This document shows, in pieces, positions 26,754-36,522 of a DNA stretch of 64,000 nucleotides; positions within the stretch are counted from its first letter, which is position 1; every line of letters starts with the position of its first letter. Below the pieces are notes generated by a model that saw only the letters and a program-made list of their open reading frames with translations, was not told where the DNA came from and did no database searches. This stretch comes from Nitrospirota bacterium (GTDB lineage: Bacteria; Nitrospirota; Thermodesulfovibrionia; Thermodesulfovibrionales; UBA1546), in NCBI GenBank assembly GCA_021824065.1, contig JAKALU010000002.1:11243-75242 (forward strand), written 5' to 3'. Position numbers and translations under genes: made by a program.

Positions 26754-28025
26754 TTAAAACAACATTGCCTGTCCTTTTATCTTCTTTCTCTCGACCTCTT
26801 CAAATATCTTTATCTTCCCGTATTCGCCGTCAAAGCCCGGTGCAATATGAACCTTGCCGTTTCTCATCCTTGATATCGCCTCTGCAATTTGTGGGAAGCC
26901 TGCTTTTTCGATCTCTTCTGTAGAGTAGTCCATTAATATTTTGAACTCATCTCCGAGTTTTTCGAGCAATTTAAAGTACATGTTTTCAACAGCCTTGCTG
27001 CTAACCCCAACTTGTAATGTCTCTGCAATAATTTCAGGGAGAGGGATGATCGAATAAAAATCAGGTGCATCTTCTGGCTTAAACCCATATTCTCTGTCTG
27101 CGAGTTTTTCGACTCTGTGCATGACACCTACTGTAACTCTTTTCCCGCAGACAGGACATAAGTAATTATTTTTTATTGTCTCGCCTGGCGAAAGACTTAC
27201 CTCACAAAACCTGTGGCCGTCATAATGATACTTTCCCTCTTCAGGAAAAAACTCTATTGTCCCTGAGAAACCGCCTTTCTTTTTTATTGCAGCAGTGATT
27301 GCCCTGTACGATATATCTGTGTCAAGGATATTTGCCTCTCTTCCAATTTTCTGAGGAGAATGGGCATCCGAGTGGGATGTTAGAGTTATCTTGTCAATGC
27401 CTGACAGCCTCCAGTTCATTTTAGGGTCAGATGAAAGACCTGTTTCTATTGCATAGACATATGGTGTTAGCTCTTCAAAACACTCCTCAAGCGAATCAAA
27501 ACCTGAACCTGCACCAAAAACAGAAAAATGCGGTGTCCATGCATGTGCGGGGATAAGCATTGCCTCATCTGATATATCAAGAATAATTTTTAGAAGTTCC
27601 TTTGCATCGAGTCCGAGAATGGGTCTGCCGTCTGCTGAAAGATTACCTATCTTTGAAAGTCTTAGATTAATCTTTCCTATTGTATTAAAGTCTGGTGCCA
27701 GGATAATGCTGTGGATTTTTCTTGTCTTTCCTTTCTTACCGTAAATGCAGCTGATCTCTGCTGTGAGCATGAAATATATATCAGAGAGACAGGAATTCGG
27801 GATATTATTATGTTTATATTTTCCTTTTAATTTAAATAAGTTATTATCATAATTATCAAGTTTTTCTTTAAGTTCATTGAGCCATTTTGGATGTGTAAAA
27901 TCACCTGTTCCAAGAACCTTTATTCCTTTCAATTGTGCCCATCGCCATAGATTTTCAGGCGTCATATCAGGGCTTGTTGCACGGGAATATTTTGAGTGTA
28001 TGTGAAGGTCTGCGATAAATTTCAT
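26754..28025 (-). CDS. endonuclease Q-like PHP-domain nuclease
   Basis: ADLHIHSKYSRATS..GTGDFTHPKW PHP N-terminus and CPVCGKRVTVGVMHRV zinc finger. Confidence 0.75.
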   Translation of the reverse strand: MKFIADLHIHSKYSRATSPDMTPENLWRWAQLKGIKVLGTGDFTHPKWLNELKEKLDNYDNNLFKLKGKYKHNNIPNSCLSDIYFMLTAEISCIYGKKGKTRKIHSIILAPDFNTIGKINLRLSKIGNLSADGRPILGLDAKELLKIILDISDEAMLIPAHAWTPHFSVFGAGSGFDSLEECFEELTPYVYAIETGLSSDPKMNWRLSGIDKITLTSHSDAHSPQKIGREANILDTDISYRAITAAIKKKGGFSGTIEFFPEEGKYHYDGHRFCEVSLSPGETIKNNYLCPVCGKRVTVGVMHRVEKLADREYGFKPEDAPDFYSIIPLPEIIAETLQVGVSSKAVENMYFKLLEKLGDEFKILMDYSTEEIEKAGFPQIAEAISRMRNGKVHIAPGFDGEYGKIKIFEEVERKKIKGQAMLF

Positions 28026-28246
28026 GATGAATTATACCCGAAAAATACATTAAAAAATGCAGATGTCGCGAAAAAATTTATTTTTCGATACCTTAGCACA
28101 CCTCTATCAGATGGAATGCCACATATTTTTATCCAATGAACCATAAAAGATAATTTTAATAAATCATCGAGTTAAATAAATTTTTGAACGGTGTCTGCAT
28201 TTTTCTGGTATAAAAAACTGGTAAGAAATAAACCAAAATAATTTGC

Positions 28247-28252
28247 TATAAT
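28247..28252 (+). promoter_or_regulatory. extended -10 box (TGcTATAAT) 7 nt upstream of the ktrB ATG
   Basis: aatttgctataat-ctgtgcg-ATG, no SD; same aatttgctataat string as at 24084. Confidence 0.4.
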
Positions 28253-28259
28253 CTGTGCG

Positions 28260-29597
28260 ATGATAAGAAAACATCTGAATCCACCCCAGATACTTGTTAT
28301 AGGATTCCTTTCATTTATACTTGTGGGTGCTTTGTTTCTTACGCTTCCTTTTGCAAACACAAAGGGATGTTCTTTTGTGGATGCACTCTTTACTTCAACA
28401 TCAGCGGTCTGCGTTACAGGACTAATAGTTAAAGACACACCTAATGACTTTACCCTTTTCGGTCAGATAGTCATATTGTTATTAATACAACTCGGTGGTC
28501 TTGGATATATGACATCAGCGACGATCATCTTTCTCATAGTAGGCAAAAAGATAGGCATCGGGGAAAGGCTTATTATGAAAGAAGCTTTAAATGTGATCAG
28601 TGTTGAAGGTATCGTGAAATTTACAAAGGGCGTTCTCGCTTTTTCACTCTTTTTTGAACTTACCGGCACTCTGATTCTAACAGCAAGGCTTATGAGGGAT
28701 TTTGAACTCAAGAATGCATTTTTATATAGCCTGTTTCATTCAGTCTCGGCCTTTAATAATGCCGGGTTCAGCCTCTTTTCTGACAACCTTGTCCGTTACA
28801 GAGGAGATATAGTTGTAAATCTTGTAATAACCACTCTCATTATAATCGGTGGGATAGGATTTATTGTTATAAGTGACCTGTACAGATTTCAGAGAAGGGA
28901 GATTACACGGCTTTTACAGCATACAAAGATAGTACTCGCCACAACAGCAATTCTTATTTTAGCAGGCGCAACCCTTATTTATACTTTTGAAATATCAAAC
29001 TCCCTTACATTTAAGACAATGCCGCTGAAAGAAAAGGTGCTGTCATCTTATTTTTCGGCAGTGACCCCAAGGACAGCGGGTTTTAATACACTTGATTATT
29101 CTATATTAAAAACAGAAACGCTTTTTCTAACAATAATACTCATGTTTATAGGCGCCTCTCCCGGTGGTACAGGCGGAGGCGTTAAGACATCTACATTTGC
29201 AATTGTGATTGCAAGTCTTTGTGCAACAATGAGGGGATTACGGGACGTGGTAATGTTTAATAGAAGAATACCCTCAGATACTGTTTCAAAGTCGTTTTTG
29301 TTAATAACACTGGCCGGTATTTTCTGCACGGTCTGTACCCTTTACATAATTAAAACCCAGGATATAAAATATCTTGAAGCGATGTTCGAGGTTACTTCAG
29401 CTTTCGGAACCGTGGGGCTTTCAGTGGGTGACGGAGGGGTTAGAAGTCTCTCAGCACTTTTTTCAGATGCAGGGAAGCTCTTGATCAGCTTTGCTATGTT
29501 TGTCGGCAGGCTCGGCCCTCTCACGCTTGCAGTTGCAATCGTAAGGCATAAGGAGGAGAGGGTCAGATATCCTGAGGGAAGTGTAATAATAGGATGA
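28260..29597 (+). CDS. ktrB: TrkH/KtrB-family potassium uptake membrane subunit
   Basis: Four MPM-like repeats with selectivity-filter glycines (QLGGLGY, NNAGFS, RTAGFN, FGTVGLS). Confidence 0.9.
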   Translation: MIRKHLNPPQILVIGFLSFILVGALFLTLPFANTKGCSFVDALFTSTSAVCVTGLIVKDTPNDFTLFGQIVILLLIQLGGLGYMTSATIIFLIVGKKIGIGERLIMKEALNVISVEGIVKFTKGVLAFSLFFELTGTLILTARLMRDFELKNAFLYSLFHSVSAFNNAGFSLFSDNLVRYRGDIVVNLVITTLIIIGGIGFIVISDLYRFQRREITRLLQHTKIVLATTAILILAGATLIYTFEISNSLTFKTMPLKEKVLSSYFSAVTPRTAGFNTLDYSILKTETLFLTIILMFIGASPGGTGGGVKTSTFAIVIASLCATMRGLRDVVMFNRRIPSDTVSKSFLLITLAGIFCTVCTLYIIKTQDIKYLEAMFEVTSAFGTVGLSVGDGGVRSLSALFSDAGKLLISFAMFVGRLGPLTLAVAIVRHKEERVRYPEGSVIIG

Positions 29598-30050
29598 AAA
29601 AACAGTTTGCTGTTATAGGGCTTGGAAGGTTTGGTTATTCGATAGCCAAGACCCTCGCAGAATTGGGCTGCGAGGTCATTGCCGTAGATAAGGACGAAGA
29701 GAGGGTGAAGAAGATTTCTGACTTTGTTACGCATACAGTCCAGCTTGAGGCTATGGATGAAAAATCACTCCGCTCTGTAGGAATACAGAATGTTGATGTT
29801 GCAGTTGTAAGTATTGGAGAAAATATAGAAGCAAGCATACTCGTTTGAAAAATTTATTGACAAAACATTGAATGATATCCAACTCAGAGGTAAATATGGC
29901 GTCAATCTTATAGCCATAAAGAGAAATATCAGCGAACAGGGTAAAACAAGAGAGATATGGAATGTCAATCCAATGGCAACAGACACAATCCATAAAGATG
30001 ACGTGCTTGTCCTTATAGGGGCAAATGAAGACCTCGACAAACTGTCTTAG
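29594..30050 (+). pseudogene. ktrA: ktrA/trkA-like RCK gene with internal deletion and frame change
   Basis: 29594-29848 encodes FAVIGLGRFG..GENIEASILV then stop; a different frame open from 29829 encodes EKFIDKTLNDIQLRGKYGVNLIAIKR..VLVLIGANEDL (TrkA_C); about 70 aa between them is missing. Confidence 0.7.
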
Positions 30051-30134
30051 GTTATATCCGGAGATTCTTCTCCGTCACATGATTAAACTTGGTATTCCCT
30101 GAAGCTTGCAACTGGGTGTTTAATTTTTCAGGTC

Positions 30135-31289
30135 TTACAATTTTCCCCTCTGATTTTTCATTGAAAATCCCTTTAATTCAGGCTCGCCTTTGCCTTTATA
30201 TTGTGTCATCACCTTATGTGATTCTCCCATTGTTCCTGGAAGAATCAGTTTTTTAATCCTTGCAACCTCGAATAAATAATCAGAAGAATTTTTGTGAATT
30301 TGAGCAATTGCCTCATCAATACCGAGTGACATGAGAAAAGTTCCTTGCTGGCAGAAGCCCAATGTCTTTATTCCAAGTTCCTCGCCCCATTTTTTGACTG
30401 CTGAGAAATTCACATGCGCTGTAATGTCCTGTTCTCCGATGTTCTGATAAGGGTCTTCAACTACCTGATGTTTATGATAGCAGAGCAGGGTGCCTCTGTT
30501 TCTGTCCTCACTGTAATAGTCCCATGCAGGATAGCCATAGTCTATTGTAAAAATAAAACCTTCTGATAAAGAGTTGTTAATCTCATTAAGCCATTCTTTA
30601 ATTTTCAGGTTTATTTCAGTTCTGTAGCCCTTCGGAAGTTCAATAGAAAACTCTTTAAGATAGCTGTAGATCTCGTCTGTGCTTGGCTTTTGTTTTATCT
30701 CTATTAATCTTTCCCCTTCTATGCCAACAAAGATTTCTTTAATCTCATCTTCCATCTCTACAAGATGCACAGGAAATGCATCAAGGAGTTCATTTGAAAG
30801 GATGCAGCCTTTAATATTGCGAAGTTTTTTGATAGATGAAACCCATCTCACTTTATCTGAAAAATCAGATAAAAGATTTTTCTGGCTATCTCTCATAGTA
30901 GGATTCAATTCAACTATTATGTATTGAAGATGTTTGTAGATTTCTCTTTCTTCCCTTGCCCCTTGACCCCTTGACCCCTTGGCCCCTTTGTAATATTCCA
31001 GCATGTCTTTGCACAGATAACCTGCACCAGAACCCATCTCAACAATCTGGAAATCAGAAGGCTTTCCCATTATCTCCCGCATTTCTTCTATTTGCTTTCC
31101 AATCATCGCACCGAATACAGGATGGAGATGTGAGCTCGTATAAAAATCTCCTGTCCTCCCGATTTTTGCATTCTGCGAAATGTAATACCCCAGTTCAGGC
31201 TCGTAAAGTGCCATTTCCATAAAGGTCCTGAATGTGATAGGGCCTTCGGTTTGAATTTTTTGGATGATTTTTTGTTTAAGAGGATTCAT
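30135..31289 (-). CDS. MidA/NDUFAF7-type (DUF185) SAM-dependent methyltransferase
   Basis: ITFRTFMEMALYEPELGYY, GDFYTSSHLHPVFG, VEMGSGAGYL. Confidence 0.8.
   Translation of the reverse strand: MNPLKQKIIQKIQTEGPITFRTFMEMALYEPELGYYISQNAKIGRTGDFYTSSHLHPVFGAMIGKQIEEMREIMGKPSDFQIVEMGSGAGYLCKDMLEYYKGAKGSRGQGAREEREIYKHLQYIIVELNPTMRDSQKNLLSDFSDKVRWVSSIKKLRNIKGCILSNELLDAFPVHLVEMEDEIKEIFVGIEGERLIEIKQKPSTDEIYSYLKEFSIELPKGYRTEINLKIKEWLNEINNSLSEGFIFTIDYGYPAWDYYSEDRNRGTLLCYHKHQVVEDPYQNIGEQDITAHVNFSAVKKWGEELGIKTLGFCQQGTFLMSLGIDEAIAQIHKNSSDYLFEVARIKKLILPGTMGESHKVMTQYKGKGEPELKGFSMKNQRGKL
30953..30990. repeat. tandem 8-mer tract (ccccttga-like x5) inside the MidA gene
   Basis: cccttgccccttgaccccttgaccccttggcccctttg; related in reverse complement to 46115-46137. 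Confidence 0.7.
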
Positions 31290-31348
31290 TGCTGAGACAT
31301 TATAACTGTGGAATTGATTAGCAATCAACATATCTAAGTCTTTTGATT

Positions 31349-31539
31349 AAGCAGGCATGCCGGTTTCAAAAGTTTTAAAATGCGACTATGATATGTAAGT
31401 AGATTTGAAAGCTTAATTTGGAAAAGTTTCATGTGGTTTGGACCTCCGACTAAAGTCTCCGGTCACTGAAGATTTGAAATGTGGTAAGCCAATACTTCAA
31501 GGTGTCGCTTCAAAACTTTTTCACCCGACATGCCTGCTT
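31349..31539. repeat. 191-bp element bounded by 28-nt imperfect inverted repeats (MITE-like or structured RNA)
   Basis: aagcaggcatgccggtttcaaaagtttt versus reverse complement aagcaggcatgtcgggtgaaaaagtttt, 24 of 28 identical; internal direct repeat agatttgaaa..atgtggt. Confidence 0.5.
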
Positions 31540-31560
31540 TATTTAAACACATGGTTTTAT

Positions 31561-31590
31561 TTGACAAACTACCCTCTGAAAAAGTAACTT
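31561..31590 (+). promoter_or_regulatory. sigma-70-type promoter candidate for hisH (TTGACA-N18-TAACTT), -10 ends 5 nt before ATG
   Basis: ttgacaaactaccctctgaaaaagtaacttaaactATG, no SD. Confidence 0.35.
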
Positions 31591-31595
31591 AAACT

Positions 31596-32210
31596 ATGAT
31601 TGCGATTGTTGATTATGGGATGGGAAACCTGAGAAGCGTTGAAAAGGGTTTTCTTAAAGTTGGCGTTGATGCACGCATTGTCACAGATGCAGCTTCAATT
31701 GATAATGCCAAAGGCGTTGTTCTTCCCGGAGTAGGCGCATTCATAGACTGCATTAAGAACCTCACAGATATGAAGCTAACAGAAGCCATTATAGGGGCAA
31801 TAGAAAAGGGAAAGCCTTATCTCGGCATCTGCCTTGGCCTTCAGGTCTTGTTTACAGAATCAGAGGAGTTCGGAGTATGCAGAGGACTTAATGTTTTTAA
31901 AGGCAAGGTTGTAAAATTCCCCAAAGGCGATTTAAAAGTCCCGCACATGGGGTGGAATACATTAGATATACAGAAAAGACCTCCTATTTTTGATGGAATA
32001 GAGGACAAGTCATATTTCTATTTCGTGCACTCCTTTTATGTTGTGCCAGAAGATAATGGTATAATTGCCGGGACAACAGACTACGGAGTTAATTTTACTT
32101 CAATGGTCTGGAAAGACAATGTCTTTGCAATGCAGTTTCACCCCGAGAAAAGCCAGGAGCTTGGGTTGAAGATTTTGAAGGGATTCGGAGAGTTCGTCAA
32201 AAAGGCTTAA
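31596..32210 (+). CDS. hisH: imidazole glycerol phosphate synthase glutamine amidotransferase subunit HisH
   Basis: IAIVDYGMGNLRSV, GICLGLQ catalytic Cys, FHPEKS. Confidence 0.9.
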   Translation: MIAIVDYGMGNLRSVEKGFLKVGVDARIVTDAASIDNAKGVVLPGVGAFIDCIKNLTDMKLTEAIIGAIEKGKPYLGICLGLQVLFTESEEFGVCRGLNVFKGKVVKFPKGDLKVPHMGWNTLDIQKRPPIFDGIEDKSYFYFVHSFYVVPEDNGIIAGTTDYGVNFTSMVWKDNVFAMQFHPEKSQELGLKILKGFGEFVKKA

Positions 32211-32227
32211 TGCCAAAATCAGCAGGG

Positions 32228-33301
32228 CTAATAGTACATCAGCTTTCTTTCGAGATCTGTTGAGCGCGAGATCCTCTTTGCTTCATCGAGAGTTATGATG
32301 TCTTTCTTGCAGAGTTGAATCAAATGCTGATCCATGCTCTGCATGTTATATTCATCGCGTCCTTTTTCGATGTGCTCTTCGATCTCATCGAGTTTGCCTT
32401 CACGGATACATGCCTTTATAGTGGATGTCGAATACATAACCTCCATTACAGGCAGGATGTTTTCTCCGCTCTTATCCCTTACCAGCCGCAATGAAATAGT
32501 TGCCACAAGTATCTCAGCCAGTCTGTGGCGGATGGTCTCCTGGGCATCTGAAGGAAAATATCCGACGATACGGTTAATAGTAGAAGCAGCATTATTTGTA
32601 TGAAGGGTTGACAGAACCAGATGCCCGGTCTCTGCAGCCTTAATGCAGGCGTCAATTGTGTCGAGGTCGCGCATTTCTCCAACCATGATCACATCAGGGT
32701 CCATGCGCATTGCCGCCTTTAATGCACCGCTGAAACTGTCTGTGTCTATGCCAAGCTCTCTCTGGATGATACAGCTTTTGTTTGAAGTGAAAAGAAACTC
32801 TATGGGGTCTTCAATAGTAATGATATTGTAATTGAAATTCTCGTTAATATGCCGGATCATTGAGGCCATAGTGGTTGACTTGCCGTTACCTGTGGGCCCT
32901 GTGACAAGTACGAGCCCATTGGGCGCCTGAACAATCTTTCCCAGCACAGACGGGAGATTTAGTTCCTGGAAGGTGCCGATGTAATGAGGTATGACACGCA
33001 TTACAATACCTATGTTGCCGCGCTGACGGAATATGCTCACCCTGAAACGGCCAACATCAGGCAATGTGTAAGAAGTGTCGAACTCCTTTACGCTCTCAGG
33101 AAGTTTTCTTCCGTGCTGCTCCATGACCATATTGGCAATATACTCGGTATCTTTACCGAACAGGTCCGGGAGCTTTGAGCGGATCAGATGCCCGCGTGCC
33201 CTGAACATAGGAGGGGTACCCACTTCAAAATGAATATCGGATACCTTTTTTTCAAATGCGATTTCGAGTATTTTATTTAATTTCGAAATTTCCATATTCA
33301 T
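32228..33301 (-). CDS. pilT: type IV pilus retraction ATPase PilT
   Basis: GPTGNGKST Walker A, ITIEDPIE, GEMRD, HLVLSTLHT. Confidence 0.9.
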   Translation of the reverse strand: MNMEISKLNKILEIAFEKKVSDIHFEVGTPPMFRARGHLIRSKLPDLFGKDTEYIANMVMEQHGRKLPESVKEFDTSYTLPDVGRFRVSIFRQRGNIGIVMRVIPHYIGTFQELNLPSVLGKIVQAPNGLVLVTGPTGNGKSTTMASMIRHINENFNYNIITIEDPIEFLFTSNKSCIIQRELGIDTDSFSGALKAAMRMDPDVIMVGEMRDLDTIDACIKAAETGHLVLSTLHTNNAASTINRIVGYFPSDAQETIRHRLAEILVATISLRLVRDKSGENILPVMEVMYSTSTIKACIREGKLDEIEEHIEKGRDEYNMQSMDQHLIQLCKKDIITLDEAKRISRSTDLERKLMYY

Positions 33302-33339
33302 TTAATTTTATATCTTTTAAGATTTTTGTAAAGCCCCCC

Positions 33340-35154
33340 TCACTTCTTAGGGCCTTTATTTATATGTTTTCTATAAAGAATATTTTCCAGAACCAAACCA
33401 GCCTGATTTGCCAGAATTTCAAGCAAATCGGTTTGTACAGAAGAAGGTTCCTTTTTGGCAAAGTCTCCATAGGTCAGGGCTATGGTTCTTCCACGGCTCT
33501 TTACCGGGAGAAGGATAATTGCTGGTCTGAGAGGCGCGCCAATCTCTTTAAAGAGATTTACCTTCAAGATCTCGTCATTGCTCTCCCCATAAAAAAGCTT
33601 TCCCTTTTCAACCACATCCCGGAAGACAGAAGGCTTTGTCAGAGGTATCTTAAGCTTCCCTGCTGAAGCGGGGCCAATATTCTTTTCTGCATTCACTCCA
33701 ACTGATATTTCGCCTATGAGTTCTGACTGACGCACAATAAAATTGATGGATCTTTCGCACATCTCAGAGACAGACTGGAGAATCTTGTATGACACATCAG
33801 TTGGGTCGTTAAGGTCACGAATGGCAATGATGCTATCTCTGAGTTTAGCCAGCCTGATATCAGTTACAGCAGGCTCTTTCTGCTCATGAAAGATATCCCT
33901 GATATAAGATTTAAAGGTTTCAAGGAATTTAATCGTATCTTTAATGAAAGTCTCTTTCTTAGCATTTTTTGAAGGCTTTGGGAGAACTGCTCTGACACCG
34001 TCATTGAAAGACGCAAGCATGAAGTTAAAATCATGAGGGGAGGCAATCTGGACGATAGAAGCCTGCGGATACTTCTTTTTTAGCTGCCTTCGCAGGCTGA
34101 TGATCTTTTCTTCTGAAAGTACCTCTCCCTTAGTTTCAGGGTTATCAAAAACAAGAACAGTCAATGCCTTCATTGAGAGGCATTGTGTTATGATGCGGTC
34201 GAGTTCCTCTTCCTTTTCTGCAACAAACACAAGAACACCCTCATTCTTACAGATGGTCATGACCGAATGCCTTATGAGTTCATCACCGCTTATAAATACC
34301 AGTGCTCCAGCCAGGCCCTCCTGTCTTTTTGAAACATCATGGACATTTATGCTCGAAGTAGATTTCCTTAAGAATGAGACAAATGTCTGCTGTTCTTCAG
34401 CAGAAAAACCTGCCAGTGTCTCCTTTATTTTCTGGCGGTGAATCTCGATCGGGTCAAAGATTTCTTCAACAGAAAAAGACTGGGGCATCTTCCTTTCCAG
34501 GCGGTCGATATCTGCAAGCCCGAGATCATCGGCTGTAATAGATGTTTTTTCCCCTGTGGTTACTGTAGTCACTTCACCTGGAAGCGCTTCCACAAAAAGT
34601 TCTTCATCAGAGGGCACAATTTTTCCTGAACGGCGGTCGTGTTCCCTCTCGTCAAAGACGCGAAGAGCATCCATCAGCGCCATCTGGGCATCAAGACTCA
34701 GTTCCTGTTCCATCTTGCTTAAGGGGTAAGTGCGTTCGGGTGTTACAACAATATCTTCAGTGTCGAGCGTGAATGTGCCCTTTGTCCAGCCTATAAGTTC
34801 GACGACTGTTATCTCAATCAGCTTCTTAAGCCCATTGTATGCTTCTTCCTGTTTTAATCTGCCCATATCTATGAGTGTGGCAATTAAGGGTTTGCGATTT
34901 TTGCCTGCTTTTTTCTGAGCTTCAAGGGCAAGCTTTAGGTCTTCAATGGTGATGGCATTCATTTTTACAAGGACAGTGCCGATGCGTACCTTGCTGTTGA
35001 GATGGTTTGCTCCTACAATATACCCATTACTGAAAATAATACGGCTTTCTCCCTTGCTTCCCCTGACAGAAAAAATGCCTGATTTCCGCGTCGTGTGGAG
35101 CAGTTGAATTATGTCAGCTATGTATAGGTTCTCTAAATCTCCGGTAAAGGCCAT
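33340..35154 (-). CDS. DUF4388 (PATAN-type) domain protein
   Basis: GDLENLYIADIIQLLHTTRKSGIFSV is the DUF4388 N-terminal signature; the remaining 450 aa is unassigned. Confidence 0.65.
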   Translation of the reverse strand: MAFTGDLENLYIADIIQLLHTTRKSGIFSVRGSKGESRIIFSNGYIVGANHLNSKVRIGTVLVKMNAITIEDLKLALEAQKKAGKNRKPLIATLIDMGRLKQEEAYNGLKKLIEITVVELIGWTKGTFTLDTEDIVVTPERTYPLSKMEQELSLDAQMALMDALRVFDEREHDRRSGKIVPSDEELFVEALPGEVTTVTTGEKTSITADDLGLADIDRLERKMPQSFSVEEIFDPIEIHRQKIKETLAGFSAEEQQTFVSFLRKSTSSINVHDVSKRQEGLAGALVFISGDELIRHSVMTICKNEGVLVFVAEKEEELDRIITQCLSMKALTVLVFDNPETKGEVLSEEKIISLRRQLKKKYPQASIVQIASPHDFNFMLASFNDGVRAVLPKPSKNAKKETFIKDTIKFLETFKSYIRDIFHEQKEPAVTDIRLAKLRDSIIAIRDLNDPTDVSYKILQSVSEMCERSINFIVRQSELIGEISVGVNAEKNIGPASAGKLKIPLTKPSVFRDVVEKGKLFYGESNDEILKVNLFKEIGAPLRPAIILLPVKSRGRTIALTYGDFAKKEPSSVQTDLLEILANQAGLVLENILYRKHINKGPKK

Positions 35155-35230
35155 TTTTTATAACCAAGAAAACACTTTTAAAGTATAAAAAGAATAACAT
35201 AAGGAATGCCTAACAGTAAATGGCGCTTTT

Positions 35231-35800
35231 TCATCTAACTTTCTTGTCCCTTTTGTTATAGATCGTTGGGTTTTCTAAATCGAAAAGTTCTCCCATATCT
35301 TTAGTCTTAATAAAATTACAAAGCGATTCTTTGTGTTCTGTAATATTAATTGAGGTTGAATGTTTCTCTTTTATTATTTCGCCTCTGATTTCTCCATTGT
35401 TTATTGCTTTTTCAAATGCATCTACTTTGGGCTTCCAAACTGCTATTGAATTTTCTGAAATAAAGGAATAGTAGGCAAATAAATAATCTGAGTCCTTTTT
35501 TTCGGATATTTCCAGGTCGAGAAGATTCACGAAGTTTTTTTCACCGCACTTAGTTAGGATAACCGTCATTTCTTCGAGTTTAAAATTAGTCTCTTTCCAT
35601 TCAACGCCAGCAATGCGCAATTCGCCATTCTTTGTATATTTCATATAGCAGATGTCCCTGTCGAACTCCCATAGGCCATCAAATTTTTCGCTAAGATCAT
35701 CCTGTATCGGTTCACCAACGATGTATTTAGAATGTACTGTTGAACACCCGGTTACATAAACTGCCAGGATAATAAAAAACGCTATAGACAATTTTTTCAT
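35231..35800 (-). CDS. hypothetical lipoprotein
   Basis: Signal peptide with lipobox VTGC. Confidence 0.6.
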   Translation of the reverse strand: MKKLSIAFFIILAVYVTGCSTVHSKYIVGEPIQDDLSEKFDGLWEFDRDICYMKYTKNGELRIAGVEWKETNFKLEEMTVILTKCGEKNFVNLLDLEISEKKDSDYLFAYYSFISENSIAVWKPKVDAFEKAINNGEIRGEIIKEKHSTSINITEHKESLCNFIKTKDMGELFDLENPTIYNKRDKKVR

Positions 35801-35988
35801 AATAATTTTATATGACTGGCATTATTTTTTGTGTCTACATGCCATCTTTGGTGGATTTTAGGGCAAATCAATGGGAGGAGTCAATAGCGGTGCATTTTTA
35901 GCCCAGGTAATGTTGGCAAAGATGCATGACAAAGAGCTGAGGAAAATGGAATCTATTGGGCTATAACGCTGGTCGTGGTGCTTCTTTT

Positions 35989-36465
35989 TTATTCCTTTCT
36001 TTGTTTCCTTTTATATGTATGGTCACAAAATCTGTCGCCTGTTCCGATTTGATGAGTTCTCTCAAAATCCCACTTATCAAAATTATCCTTTGCAATCGCC
36101 CAATCGCCTTCACAAACATAAGGACTTAAATCTCTCAATCCAAATCCATTAAGACATTCGCAAAATGGACAGTTCCAGACATGCAGTTTAAATATATTTT
36201 TATTTTCTTCTACGATATCAAAATCGTAAAATGGTTTCCAAAGCCAAAAGTTAGCTCTCATCCCCGATGGAAATGAATCAAAATCATCTGCATCTTTGAT
36301 CTTAGGTACAAATAATTTGATGGCTTGTTTTGAAACGAATGTGGCAGATGGCCCAAATTTCTTTATTGCCTTTTCTTTCCCCATGAATATTGAAGTGAGA
36401 TAGACAAGTAATATGAACGGGCTTACCACGATAAAGCCAACCAATTGTCTCAATATTTTTTTCAT
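35989..36465 (-). CDS. membrane-anchored L-2-amino-thiazoline-4-carboxylic acid hydrolase-like protein
   Basis: N-terminal TM; Cys pattern NCPFCE..YVCEGDW..FCDHTY resembles the ATC-hydrolase family as I recall it. Confidence 0.4.
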   Translation of the reverse strand: MKKILRQLVGFIVVSPFILLVYLTSIFMGKEKAIKKFGPSATFVSKQAIKLFVPKIKDADDFDSFPSGMRANFWLWKPFYDFDIVEENKNIFKLHVWNCPFCECLNGFGLRDLSPYVCEGDWAIAKDNFDKWDFERTHQIGTGDRFCDHTYKRKQRKE

Positions 36466-36522
36466 TAATAGCTACCCGCCTGAACTGTGCGGTGGCTATC
36501 AGCCATCCGCTATATTTTTTTG

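Noticed and set aside
28026-28259. Riboswitch (for example c-di-AMP class) upstream of ktrB
   Set aside because: The 234-nt spacer is AT-rich. I could find no conserved paired elements, and a -10 box abuts the ATG, which leaves no leader to house a riboswitch.
35196-35213. Sigma-54-like motif upstream of the DUF4388 gene (minus strand AGGCATtccttATGTT)
   Set aside because: It lacks both the TGG of the -24 element and the GC of the -12 element, so the match is too weak.
35870-35965. 31-aa ORF MGGVNSGAFLAQVMLAKMHDKELRKMESIGL in the 188-nt spacer
   Set aside because: It is too short, has no SD, and has no recognisable similarity. It could be a gene fragment, but that cannot be supported.
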